Source: Anthoceros angustus
Taxonomy: Eukaryota; Plantae; Anthocerotophyta
Assembly: GCA_010909165.1 (NCBI GenBank)
Contig: MU008169.1
Coordinates: 930,001 to 994,000 of the forward strand
Reading direction: 5' to 3'
Length of the DNA stretch: 64,000 nucleotides
Shown here: positions 49,177-61,460 of the stretch, piece after piece
Layout: the number at the start of each line of letters is the position of its first letter
Numbering within the stretch: the stretch's first letter is position 1
Program-made: the position numbers and the translations under genes
The notes under the pieces: model-generated
What the model saw: only the letters and a program-made list of their open reading frames with translations
Told to the model about the DNA's origin: nothing
Databases searched by the model: none

Positions 49177-50747
49177 CTAGACTTGCTCAGGAACGGGTTC
49201 CAAGCTGTCAAAGTCTTTCTCCCCTTGAGCTCTCCGCATGTCAAACCATTGAATGATTTTTTTGCGAGGAACATGAGTAAGCTGCACCATGTTGTCTATC
49301 ATCGCATTCTGCAGTCCACACAGAAGAATTTAGTGCGGCAGAAGACGAGGACCAACGCATCGAGCAATAAACGACACTCAGAATGGAACTATGTGCTCAC
49401 ACTTGGGTGCTTTGAGCGCTGGTATACACGCTCAAAAGTTGCGATCTGCTCCTTACGTAGCCTCTTGTTGTTGTACCAGTCCCGGGGAGTTGTAAAATAA
49501 GGAAGCTGAGCAGCAGGTTTTGCTGCTTTCCTTCGCTGTGTGGTTGTAGGGTTCGACTTGCTCCTGGATGGTGCCGAAGGAAGGTTATTCCCCGAATTCC
49601 TCCTCTCTCTCGAGCTCTCCTCTTTCTCATCCTCTTCCGCCTCCATTGCCAGCTCTGCCAGGAGCTCAGGACTCGGATTTTTCAGAAATGCGAGAACGTC
49701 CATCCTGTCCAGTCCAGTGTCCCCTGCCAGAGCCTTGACCTGGAGATGGAACACAAACATGCTTCCAGAGTTAAGAACGTTGATGTGACGCATCCTAGCA
49801 CATAAGAAAACATCGTGAATGTGAGAGACATTCTAGAGAAACTTGTTCCAGATGATACATAACGTACATTAACATGCCTTCTCCCAAGCTCCGCAGCTGC
49901 AGCAAGCTTCTTCAATTGCCACCTCTCAAGATTCACTACCCTTGGTTCCTGGGCTTCCTGTAACATGGCTGCAATGTCGTCCTTGTCACCACCACCATCC
50001 TCATCATCCTCATCACTACTCTCTTCTTTTTCCTCTGCTACTCTGCCCACGGTTGGTTGAACACGACCCTCATCCCCTGCAGCAGCCTGATCGGATAACG
50101 TCGCAGACGCTACCCCACTTTTCTTCCTCTTACCCCCCTTTCCATCGCTGCCTTGGTCCTGGGGCACCACACCAAAGTCCAACCTATCATCCAGATCCGT
50201 GATATCAGAAAGCGCTTCTCCCAGCTCTCTCTCCAACTCCTCCAGCTCTTCAGGAGTAAGCTCCTCATCCGCATCCGCATCGATGTCGACATCATCCTCC
50301 AAGTCCTTCTCCAACTGCTGAAAAAGAGCCTCCAGAGCAGCCTCGGCAGCTGCATTCTCCTCCTCAGATATCTTCTTGGGCTGGAAAGCAAAACGAAGGG
50401 CCCTCGGAAATCAACAACCAACCCAACGACACACATCACCAACCCAACCCAACCCAACCCAACTACACACATTACCAAAGCCCAACACAAACATAGAACA
50501 ACCTTCCCCTTGCCGGCTGCAAAGCCTTGCTTCTTCCCGGCCGTGAGCCCCGGGGACATGGCCCTCTATCCCCTCCAGCCCCGCCTCTGGACCTGCCCTG
50601 CTGCCCTGCAGCCGCCCGGCACATCCCCACGCCCGCAAAGCAAGCCGGCAGGGCAAGCCTCTCTGCTGGGCTCTTCAGGCTCAACCTCTGCATCAACTCG
50701 GACGCAGCACACGGCGGTTGCCCGCCGCACCCACCTCGCACCGCCAT
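49177..50747 (-). CDS. OCP3: OVEREXPRESSOR OF CATIONIC PEROXIDASE 3-like homeodomain-like protein (apparent 1-bp frameshift in exon 1)
   Basis: ALEALFQQLEKDL, acidic tract, LERWQLKKLA...GRR...GLDRMDVLAFLKNP, and KRLRKEQIATFERVYQRSKHPS-NAMIDNMVQLTHVPRKKIIQWF; 4 exons. Confidence 0.85.
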
Positions 50748-50961
50748 GATTGCGACAGCACAGCTACACCAGCGTGCGGCAGCAGCCTGCACTGCTATTG
50801 CCGCCAGTGGGTTGTTAAAATCCCAGAACCCCGGCTCCCCAACTGTGAAGATTTCGCCCACAAGTAAGTCGTTGCAGCTGCTGGGTTGCAAGCCTCTGCT
50901 CCCGCAAGCTTTCGTGGTCCGTGCCTGCCGCCCAGATTCAGCAGGAAGGCGAGCAAGCGTG

Positions 50962-51821
50962 ATGGCGGGCTTGTTAGATCTCGAGACACAATTCGCCTTC
51001 TACGGGGCTTACCATAGCAATCCCATCAACGTGCTCATTCACGTGCTGTTTGTGTGGCCGATTTTCCTCACCTCCCTCGTCTTGTTGGCCTTCACCCAGG
51101 CCCTTGCTCCCCTGCCATTCCCACCTGCTTCCTTCCCCGGTCAGCAATTCATGGTGCTCAACTGGAGCTTTGTTGTGGCTGCCATATATGCTCTCTATTA
51201 TGTGGCTCTGGATAAGAAGGCAGGCTCCTTCGCTGCTGCCGTGTGCATGGTCTGCTGGGTATCAAGCAATGCAATTGCCCAAATTTTGAGCTTTGATCTG
51301 GGCTGGAAGGTACTAGCGGTTTCATTCCGAGTGGCTCACCTGCCCGTGCCCCTGCACATCCCTTTTCCCTTTCTCACATTTGGTCTTGTTGTTGCAGGTG
51401 GTTCTGGTGTCACAACTGGTGTGCTGGGGATCCCAATTTGTAGGTCACGGGGTGTTTGAGGTATGCTACTGATGCTTCCATCTCTTACCAAGGCTCTTGT
51501 ACGGCTTTCTTCAATTATTGAGTCTGGCTTCTGTGTCGTCCTCACAGGGCCGTGCACCTGCTCTGCTGGACAACCTCGCTCAAGCTCTTCTCATGGCACC
51601 ATTCTTCGTGCTCCTTGAGGTAGGTGCTGCATATGTTCACTTCCTTTGTCATGACAGGAGTTCACAATTGTGTTGTGAAGCTTGTTGTCCGAATTGCATT
51701 TTGTTGTTGGCAGATCTTGCAGTCGCTCTTTGGCTATGAGCCATATCCCGGATTCCACAAAAGAGTCTCTGCAAGGGTCAGCAGTAACATAGCTAAGTTC
51801 AGAGCTAAGAAACGATCGTAA
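50962..51821 (+). CDS. DUF962/Mpo1-like ER membrane protein (putative 2-hydroxy fatty acid dioxygenase); exons 50962-51309, 51398-51460, 51548-51619, 51714-51821
   Basis: LETQFAFYGAYHSNPINVLIH, QFVGHGVFEGRAPALLDNL and APFFVLLE motifs. Confidence 0.92.
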
Positions 51822-52498
51822 AGCTCTTTTTCGGAGGTGAGGAGATGTGACCATAAATATACCATGGCGCATCAGAGTACACGATGGAGACACGATCGAG
51901 AGTGTTAGAGACGACAGAATGTTGTCTCCACAGTTTCCTACAGTGCTGCACAACCGTCTTCCGCAGAGGCGAGCTTCCAGGACAGGGCAACCGGGATGAC
52001 AAATGTGTAAGAGGGAAGTAGCGCTCCTTTACGCAAGGCAATGTCTGGAGTCCCTACTAGGTGGACTGTTCTCTCTTCAATTTGTACATACCGATTCTGT
52101 TATCTTATTTGTATTTTATATTTAAGATAAATATCGACGAGGAGTCGGTTTCCTCTATTTTATTGTACTTTATGTACCTCTATCTTACTTTATTATATTG
52201 TAATTTCATTTTATTCCACTGCATTTTGCAATGACATTTTGCAATGACAGTGTGTATAGTGTTAAGCATCGTCGATAAACGAAGACAAACTAGAAATTTT
52301 TAAAAGTCCACTAAGAACGTTGTCATCGGATTGAAAATAGGCTTGGACAACGGACAATATTTGCACTTGCACAACGATCACTGGGTTTTGTTGCTGCAAC
52401 GGGCAACGGTTTTGGATAAGATGAGCACTAACTAAGACTGGGAATCGTGCTGTTCTGTCTTACGGCCTTGTATTTAGACCAGTAAAACAGTACTTAGT

Positions 52499-53420
52499 TG
52501 TACATCACTAGGACTTGACCGGGGTGCCATGCCTAAGTAGTCGTCGTGGCCCGTTCTTATCCCGTTCTCCCATTACTTCTTGCCTACTCTATAGTTTTCT
52601 ATTATTCTAAATACCCTTTTAATCTATTATTGCTGCACGTGTTACAGCTACTCCCGGGGGGAAGAGACTTCACCTTCGAAGACAATTCGAAGTTGGTGTG
52701 TGTAGGCGTAGACTCGTAGAAGCTCTTTGGGAGTGCGTGAGGTTAGCCAAAGTTTTTTTTTTTTTTGCAGTGGTTGGTAGTGTTTATGGAGAAATTCCAT
52801 GGCTGCTTGGACTGGCCTCTAATGGAGCTAGGTAGCTAATAAGGATTTAGGGTGGTGAGCATACGTAGCAAGGAAGAGTGTGACTCCTGTGGTGGCATTA
52901 CGGCTATTATTGATTGCAAATTCTATTACATCAAGAAACGTGTCCCAATTTTTAGGTTGGTGGATGGTATGAATTCTAACAAAGGTCTCTCTAATTCGAA
53001 TAGCATTTTCTACTAGGCCATCTGTCAAAGGATGGAAGGCTGTGGAAAAGGCTAGCTGTGTTCCTAGGGCTTGATGAATCCCCTACCAAATCCTACTGAG
53101 GAATCTAGGGTCCTCATATGATATGATTTTTTCAGGTTGCCCATGGTATCTATATACATAATGCAAACACAATTTTGCAGCTTGTTCCGCATAATAGTAC
53201 AATCAGTTGGTGCTAAATGCAGCAACTTAGTTAGCCTATCAGTGAATACCAACAATGCATTGTGTTCCCTGATTGTGGTACGTAGCCCTATGACCAAATC
53301 AAGATCTATTTGCTCCCATGGTCTTAATGGGATATCTAGTGGCTGCTATAACCCTACTTGCTTCTTTGTGCTGAATTTCACCCTTTGGCATACATCACAC
53401 TTCACAAGTGGTAGCAACTA
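52499..53420 (-). mobile_element. Decayed Ty3/gypsy integrase fragment with possible short 3' LTR (~52499-52646)
   Basis: PLDIPLRPWEQIDLDLVIGL...DRLTKLLHL...STAFHPLTDG...NWDTFLDVIEFAINNS...TG integrase motifs. GGGAGTAGC then TGTAACA at 52646 on the minus strand. Confidence 0.8.
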
Positions 53421-53515
53421 CAAAGGACTTTGAAATTCTGGAGGCAACTGCTATGGATGACAAGGGTAGGCCTACTTGTTCAGCTCTACGAGCACGAAGA
53501 GGAAAGAAGAGATTG

Positions 53516-53649
53516 CTCATCCCCTTGTCATATGGCTCATTTTGTGTCATCAATTTTGTCTTCGTCATCAATTTTGAGTCTGAGTTGCTTTTGTCAGGAT
53601 GGAAGACAAAATTGATGACACAAAATGAGCCATATGACAAGGGGATGAG
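53516..53649. repeat. Perfect 48-bp inverted repeat with 38-nt loop
   Basis: 53516-53563 is the exact reverse complement of 53602-53649. Confidence 0.95.
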
Positions 53650-54596
53650 ATAATATGACTTTGAGAAGGGCGACTGGGTGCTACGATTGAACATTCAAGA
53701 GACTGCCTTCCTAGCCCATTGTCTCGGCCATCAGGCCATCACCTAGCGCTGGAGCCAATAGTCGATCGTGTCAGTACATTTTCTATGTGGAGAAGCAGCT
53801 GATGCAGGAGACGCCTTGCTCATCACTGTGCAAAACTCATGAAGCAAGCCATGTTGTTGTGAACGGTTGTGCCTTGCACTTGCTGTACTGATCGTCGTTT
53901 AACCTCTGGATGCGTATGCACATGTCAAGATAGTGGATCGATACAATATACATGCCCATCACAACATACTTGCTTGTCTTTATTTGCCGTAGCACTCTGT
54001 AGCAGCGTGTATGCTGCATGTAGGAGCTTGTGTATACTGATCTCATGTGTATGTGAGTGAGAGAGAGAGACCCCGTTAGTTGTGAGCAACTTAACATGAT
54101 CCTGATTTGGGTAGTGTTGAGCATCGTCAATTGAAGGCCCATGGGGAAATTATCGAAAATAAAAAATATTTCAATTAGGTTGCCGAACCTGAACCTAGTT
54201 TACTAACATTGCTGTGTTTAGCCGTCATGTTTTTAGGCCCGGGAGGTACCACATTCTCAGACTGTGCACCGTGCAGGACCGAACTTCAAAGCCTCCCCTG
54301 GGCCCTGATCACGAGATTCCCATTGTCACTTGATGCACGGCAGAACTAGTGCTACATTTGAGGCTGACTCATCCATATATAGCCTACATTGGGTGTGGTC
54401 CGGGCTCACGCCTTCAAGCACTTCCTTGATGAGCTGTTTCCGCTTTGCTGCTTTGTTGATCCCCCGCACCGCATCGTTGCTGCCTGGAAAGCCGCTCCAC
54501 CGACTGTCCCACACCGCTGCTCCTGCCCCGGCACTTGCGCACAACCAGGCGAAGAAGGTGGTGGTGGAGACTCGGCACCACACTCTGCGCATCACC

Positions 54597-55990
54597 ATGG
54601 CGGAGCAGACCACCGTGCCGGCTCGTCTGGGATTCATCGGAGCCGGGATGATGGCGGAGGCCATTGCTCGAGGGCTGGACCGCAGTGGCTTGGTCCCCTC
54701 CCACAGCATGAGCGCCTCCGACGTTAATGCTGCCCGCTGTGATGTCTTCAAGGGCTTCGGAGCCTCCGTCTTCAATTCCAACAGCCAGGTGGGTGTGATC
54801 CACGCTCCCAGAGCTGCTTGCAAATTGCGGTGGTGTTGGGTTGATGTAATTCTTCTGGTTGCCTTTGCTGGTGTTGACAGGTTGCCAGCAACAGCGACGT
54901 CCTCGTTCTTGCAGTGAAGCCTCAGACTGGTGTGTAAGTCACCTTGTTCTTGCTCGGTTCCATCTATGACTGGGCTTCACAGACGGTGATCAGGGAGGGG
55001 AGAGGAGCAGCTGAATCTGAGCTCATGCCTGTGCTTGCAGCTAAACAGGTTCTGTTGGACCTGAAACCAAGTCTCACCGACAAACATCTGTTGATCTCAA
55101 TTGCAGCAGGAGTCACCCTAGCAAACTTGCAGGTACTCCCTCACAAGCACATGCAGCTGAATTCATGCCATGCCTCCTTTCTTCTCACCGCTTGGCTTTC
55201 ATGCAGGAGTGGGCCGGAGAAGCAAGAGTTGTGAGAGTCATGCCCAACACGCCTTGCCTGGTGGGCGCTACAGCAGCAGGTGAATTCCGTTCACCTGCAT
55301 GTCCATATCTGCTCATACCTCAAGCTTGTCCTGATGCCCAGTACTTCATCTGATTTGCCTCGAGATGGCTCCCGTAACAGCACTGAGCGTGGGTAGTAGA
55401 GCCACATTGAAGGATGCGGACTATGTGAAGACGTTGTTCCAGACAATTGGAACCATCCATGTTGTTGATGAAAAGCTTCTGGATGCAGTCACAGGGCTCA
55501 GGTAAGCATGCTTTCAGACCTTCAAGGTAGGATGCGCTCTGATTCGGCCCAGCTGAATCACTTTCTGCTGCTGCTGCGGCAGTGGGAGTGGACCGGCCTT
55601 CGTCTTTCTTGCCATCGAGGCCCTTGCTGATGGTGGGGTAGCTGCCGGACTTCCTCGGGATGTAGCTTTGTCACTTGCAGCACAGACTGTAAGTACCTTT
55701 CTGCGATGCATTTCTAAAGCCAAAGGCTCTGTTGGTCATGCAGTTGGACTTCTTCAGTGGAGTTCACGCAAATGATTGACTCCTCTTACAATTTATTGCA
55801 GGTATATGGATCTGCAAAGATGGTATTAGATACGGGTAAACATCCGGGACAACTAAAGGATCAGGTTGCCTCGCCTGCAGGAACTACAATTGCAGGTATA
55901 CATGCTCTGGAGAAAGCAGGGTTTCGGGCTGCTTTGATGGACGCTGTAGTGGCTGCATCCAAGCGAAGTGAGCAATTTTCAAAAATGTGA
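54597..55990 (+). CDS. P5CR: Pyrroline-5-carboxylate reductase; 7 exons; possible in-frame upstream start at 54429
   Basis: [56 protein letters not shown] and [12 protein letters not shown] motifs. Confidence 0.96.
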
Positions 55991-56342
55991 GATCCAACCT
56001 AGAGTAGCGGCACAAAGTGAGTGCTAAAACATTTTTGCACGTCGGCGAAACAGCAGCAGTAAACGCAGCACAACCTCACGGCAGTGGTGAGCAATCTAGC
56101 TAGATAGACACGTCGCAAGACGTTCTGATGCCATTAACCCCTAGACACTCTTCGCTGTTGAGACCCCGCCCACACTATCATGGGGCTGATTTCAATTTTG
56201 TTTGCCAACTGTTGATGCAATAAACATCTGAATTAACTGAAGCTCCATCTCTCATTGCGCCCTGTATAGCATACCTACAAAATTTCGGTGGACTTCTCGA
56301 TCTGTAGATTACATATGAGAACAGAATCCACTGTCGCGGGGA

Positions 56343-58229
56343 TTAATCTTCCAAAAGGCTCAGAAGCTCATTGATTTCAGTCGTCAGAGTGGCCAGCTTT
56401 TGCTGATGAGGGGCAACTCGACTATCGATGTCCTTGCTGGAATACTTCCGCTCATACAACTCCACAGTCAGGGTGTGCTTCTGCAGCAACTTCTCCTGCT
56501 TCTCCTTGTCCTTCGCAACCAGACTCTCCACCTTAGACAAGAGGGGAGAAGACCGAGACGATACTTGCAGCAGAGACTCCACAACAGCCTTGATCTCCTT
56601 CCCTGTGTCCTTGAATGAAGCATCAGCACTCTTCCGAGAGGCCTTACACGCTGCAACATCCCCGGTTCGAGCTAGGTCACGTAAAGCTACCTCAAGCCTG
56701 TCTCCAACAGTTGCTCGTATCTGCAAAAACTTGTGCAATTTGTGCACAGCATTCAGAAACTCCTCCCGCTGGAGACGAGCCTGGTAAGTTGCAGAAGACT
56801 TGGCAATGGTCCAGTCGGAGTGAGTCAGGGCGATGTACGCCAAAAACAACGCCAAGAACCCTGACACCAGCAGCAACGGTTCAGCCAGCATGGCGAAAGT
56901 GCTGAACCTGTAGTAGACCTGGAAGAACATGTTATGCTCCCCCACGTAGTTAAACTTGGTGAGCACAACGACAGGCCTCCCGACAGTATCCAGGTACGTG
57001 TGCTTCACTTCCTGGTGGCGTTCCACATCCATCTCGATACTCACGGAGGGATCCCTTGAACCTTCAGGTAAAATCACCTTCACCACAAGCTTGTCGATGA
57101 CCACATTGCCAAACGGACTACCAAAGGTGATGTTACTGTACAGGCGCCCATCTCTCGACTTGAAGACAAAATCCTCGAGTGGAAGACTGTACCCCAGGGT
57201 AAACGTCACCTGCCAACCTCCAAACAGTGGATACCTCGGCTCAAGCTCTAGATCAGTCTTAGTCCTGTCAGTAGACAAATGTGACGTCGAGATGTTCCCG
57301 ATTTCATCCCTGTAGTACACCGAGTGCGCCCGTGGGGGGAGCCTAGCATGAAGACGGCGGAAGGCCGACAGACCACCATTAGGTTTGGACTGGTAGTCGA
57401 ACCTGGAGAACCCGCCTTTCAGCTTCGCTCCTCCATGTTTCAAGTGATAGTTCTCAGTGACATACACATTCCCCCAGTGCGAAATCTCTATCTCACGCTC
57501 CAGTGTTTCCACGACCGCAAAAGGCTGGTTGTTCTCAAAATGCACATCAACGGGCTTTTCTGTCAAGGCCGAAGTCTTCTCATAGGGGCCATACCGGATC
57601 TCCGTATCAGCAACCTTCACCGGCTCCACCTTGGTATAGGACTCGATCCGACTACTCGGGAGCTTGAAAGCAGTAACCTGGGACTTGGTAGGATAAGGAG
57701 AGAAGAAGACCGCACTGTCCTTGTACACAACAAGCTGCGTGTCACCCTGGCTGATCTCCGCCGGGAACGGCTTCTGCACATGAGTGAAGGCCAGGAAGAG
57801 CTCCAATGCCGCCGACTCCCCGGGCGCAAGAGGCTTATTCAAAGCTATGGCGTAGTAGGAGTGGTCAGCTGGCAGTCCCTCCCCAGCTGTACGCTCCACG
57901 TTCAAAAACACCGCCGTTACTTTGTTCTTCCCCTTCCCTTCCACAACTCCCGCCTTCACCAATGCCAGATGCCCGGCCTGCTCCGACGTGATTCCGAATA
58001 CCACTTCCGACGCCGGATGCGAGCCTTCATTCTCCACCTTGATCGCCACAGTCACCCTAGCCACCTGCGTGGTGAGATCTACTCTGCGCTCCACCTTGGC
58101 CAACGTGAGGCCGTGGAATTGCCGAGCCCCGGCAGCAACACCGCCCGGACCAGCAGCGAGAATGAGCAGCAGCAGCAACACCGAAACCGCCACCGCCGAG
58201 CACACGTCCACGCTCCTCCCTACCGCCAT
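56343..58229 (-). CDS. RPN1: Oligosaccharyltransferase subunit 1 (ribophorin I), intronless
   Basis: Signal peptide, REIEISHWGNV, GGFSRFDYQ, YYRDEIGNISTS, PRYPLFGGW, TYLDTVGRP, one TM helix and coiled-coil tail; 628 aa uninterrupted. Confidence 0.96.
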   Translation of the reverse strand: MAVGRSVDVCSAVAVSVLLLLLILAAGPGGVAAGARQFHGLTLAKVERRVDLTTQVARVTVAIKVENEGSHPASEVVFGITSEQAGHLALVKAGVVEGKGKNKVTAVFLNVERTAGEGLPADHSYYAIALNKPLAPGESAALELFLAFTHVQKPFPAEISQGDTQLVVYKDSAVFFSPYPTKSQVTAFKLPSSRIESYTKVEPVKVADTEIRYGPYEKTSALTEKPVDVHFENNQPFAVVETLEREIEISHWGNVYVTENYHLKHGGAKLKGGFSRFDYQSKPNGGLSAFRRLHARLPPRAHSVYYRDEIGNISTSHLSTDRTKTDLELEPRYPLFGGWQVTFTLGYSLPLEDFVFKSRDGRLYSNITFGSPFGNVVIDKLVVKVILPEGSRDPSVSIEMDVERHQEVKHTYLDTVGRPVVVLTKFNYVGEHNMFFQVYYRFSTFAMLAEPLLLVSGFLALFLAYIALTHSDWTIAKSSATYQARLQREEFLNAVHKLHKFLQIRATVGDRLEVALRDLARTGDVAACKASRKSADASFKDTGKEIKAVVESLLQVSSRSSPLLSKVESLVAKDKEKQEKLLQKHTLTVELYERKYSSKDIDSRVAPHQQKLATLTTEINELLSLLED

Positions 58230-58407
58230 CTCCACGTCTGCGCTGCGAGCCTAAAGAACTGCAGCTCAAGCCCCGGGTTACATGTAGATAGTTCGCGCCT
58301 GGTTTGTGTTCGCTGGTTCTTCCTTCGCGAACCCTAATTGGCGCTAGTGAGGCTCCGGAGCATTCACTGGTTTTGCTGCTGCGTGCCAGTGGATTCCGGG
58401 CTCCACC

Positions 58408-61400
58408 ATGTCGGCCACCGTGTTGGAGCAGACACGGGCCGCCCACGAGGAGGTGGAGAAGTTTGAGAGGCTGGTGGTGAAGGATCTGCAGACCGAGTCC
58501 AAGTCACACAAGGAGCGGCTTCACCAGAGTCATCGTGTGGCTAACATGCTGGAAGCCATCATCGGAAATACCAACCGCCTCGTGAGTGTTTTGCGTTCAT
58601 GCTTCTTTTCCTCGGCTGGCTGGTGGCTCACGCTGTCGGTCGTTTGGGGGGCAGCTGACGTGGCCCACTGCATTCGTTCGGGACTTCTGTGGTGTGATTC
58701 TTTCACTTTCCTTGTGAGCTGGCTGGGCATGTTGAATGGCGACGTGGTGATTCTTTTAAGTGTCGTGCATCAGATTGAAATTTATGAAGACCGCGACAAC
58801 GCGAGGAGGGATGAGATTGCTGACCTTGGTGGGCAGAGTGCGAGTGGGCAAAATGTGTTCAGCGTGTTCTACGAAAGGCTGAAACAGGTGGGTAGGCGTT
58901 CAGGTTTGTTGTTTGATTATTGGTTGTTCTGTTCTTACGACGTAGAAGTTCATCACCAGCTGGGAAGGCCGTGCAAAGTAACTGTCTGTGTGCAATGTCA
59001 GATTCGGGAGTACCACAGAAGATATCAGAATGCTCGTGTGGTTGATGATGGTGAGGATGTGGAGGAGCTTTTGAAGGAGGAGCCCTATGTGGAGTTCAGT
59101 GGAGAGGTTGGGTCGTTTTCTAGCATGTACGCAGGGTTGGATACGCAGTTTAGCATGGTGGCTTATTATTCCTTCTTTCCTGTCTTCTTTCAGGAGGCTT
59201 ATGGGCGGTACCTTGATCTGCATGAGCTTCACAACCGTTTCTTGAATTCCAAGTTTGGTCATCCGATTGAATATGCAGGGTTTCTCAACGATTTCCCGCA
59301 AACACATAAAATACCCCGCAGTCAGAAAAATGCAAAGTATGTGACTTCTTCTTTTTTCATTCCTCACTATTGTTTTAGTTGTGTCTCTGAAGGAAGCGGT
59401 GCTGCTGCAGGGCATATCGTGATTACCTGGCAGAGGTCACAGAGTATTTGTTGTCTTTCTTCCATCGAACTCAACCTCTCCAAGATACACAGAAAATATT
59501 TGCAAAGGTTTGGCAGCAATTCTATCTTGCAGACAACAGATTGAAGAATCTTGCTTGCACTGATCTCGTATTACACCAAACACTAATGTGGTTTCCGAAT
59601 GTCCACAGGTGGAGGCGGATTTTGAAGAACGGTGGGCAAGTGGCAAGGTGCAGGGGTGGGAGGATAAAGGTTTGGGAAATAGTGCTCAAGAATCAGTGCC
59701 AGAGGAATCAATGATTAACCTGGAAGACTATGAGTCAGCTGCCTCTCTGGCTGAGCTTGGGCCGGAAAAGCTCAAACAAGTAAACTGCAGTTGCTTGTGG
59801 TCCCTCTCCTTTTACTGCTGAACACTCACAAAGAACACTAAACCCTCTGGACTACAGTTATGCTTCATATTATCCTCTTAGTTTATATTTGTCATGCTGT
59901 GTGCAGGCTCTGTCTGCAAAGGGTCTCAAAAGTGGAGGAACTGTTCAACAAAGGGCCGAAAGATTGTTTTTGTTGAAGGTTCTTACTAGCACTCCCTACC
60001 TTCTTTCTCAGTTTGTTCCAAGTAGGAAGAGGAGTCAGACAGTTTGATAGGCTCAACTTTGTCATCGTTTGGTCGTACGTCTTTTAAATGGTTGTCATTA
60101 ACATTTGTTACAGGTGTGGAGTACTATACTTTGCAAATGTGATGGTGAATTTCCTTTTCAGTACTACAAATATGTTTTTAGCTTAACTGCACTTAAAGCC
60201 GTTCTTGCACTTCACTAGAAAATTCCTACCTAGTTATGTGTCGTAACAAAGTTTTCTTTTTGGACATTATTATGGTAAGTTGTAAGAGGTCGTTATCCTG
60301 ACATGCTCTTTGTCATATTGCAGTCTCAATCTATGGAAGAACTCGACCACAAGCACTTTGCGAAAGGAAATCTCATGCAACAAAAGAAAGCACAAGAGTT
60401 TGCACCACAGCTTCAGGCATTGAAAGCTGTCGCTCTTTCTGAAGTGAAAATGCAGAGGCTGTGTGAGCTGCTCCATGGGGTAAAAAGTGTCCCTGGGACA
60501 TGATGATGCATGCTGTTTCCAGTGTGTCCCCTTTCATTGTTAGTTTTAGTTTTGAGCTAACAGTAAAAATGTGGTTGATGTGTAGGCTATCGAAGAAACC
60601 AAGGCGCATGTGGAAAAGAAACATGCATTGACGTATGAGGAAATTGAAGCGGAGCGTGAGGAAGTATGTTGTTTGCTGCCTAGCCGCCTCCCCAGACTGT
60701 TCGGGAATCCTTAGTTCGCTGGTCTAAACTAATTCAGTGTTTTTCTTCCTATTTGTCACGCTTAGACGTCTTGATCTCTCTATCCAGACTGGTGATATGC
60801 TTGCAGGAGGAGGTCCAAGCTGAAAGTGAGAGCGATGATGAAGAGCAGCAGATATATAACCCCTTGAAACTGCCGATGGGTTGGGATGGGAAGCCGATAC
60901 CATATTGGCTTTATAAGCTACATGGCCTTGGGCAGGTCTGTATGTGTATAGCGTAAGACTGAGTGGATTTGGATAAGCTTAAGATCTGCATCTGTGTCCT
61001 GACTTGCATTTCAACAACTTGCAGGAATTCAAGTGTGAGATCTGTGGAAATTACAGCTATTGGGGACGCAGGGCATTTGAGAGGCATTTCAAGGAATGGC
61101 GGCATCAGCATGGCATGAGATGTTTGGGCATTCCGAACACAAAAAACTTCCATGAGATAACGTCTATTGAGGTGCGCCCTGTGCATTGATCAGATGTTGT
61201 TTGCAGCTTGGTTGCGCAGTGAGTTGGGCCCTTTGTTCTTGATGAGGAAATTCGGGTCCAGCAAAATACCTAACTTAATAAGCAATTTCCTTCTTAATTT
61301 CTTATATTTGCAGGATTCCCGGGCTCTTTGGGAAAGGATACAAGAACGACAAGGCGTCAATAAGTGGCGGCCAGATTTGGAGGAAGAGTATGAAGATCAG

Positions 61401-61460
61401 GAAGGGAACGTGTACAATAAGAAGACCTACACAGATTTGCAAAGGCAAGGACTTCTCTGA
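58408..61460 (+). CDS. SF3A3: Splicing factor SF3a60 (SF3A3/PRP9/ATO); 12 exons
   Basis: [27 protein letters not shown]-like [47 protein letters not shown]...HF.EWRH zinc finger, [11 protein letters not shown]; all introns GT-AG. Confidence 0.96.

Noticed and set aside
50527-50961. Long N-terminal extension of the DUF962 ORF
   Set aside because: Overlaps OCP3 exon 1 on the other strand; family similarity starts at ATG 50962.
57324-58337. 337-aa plus-strand ORF
   Set aside because: Antisense shadow of ribophorin I.
58408-61460. Non-canonical or U12 introns in SF3A3
   Set aside because: All 11 inferred introns are GT-AG without the U12 donor consensus.
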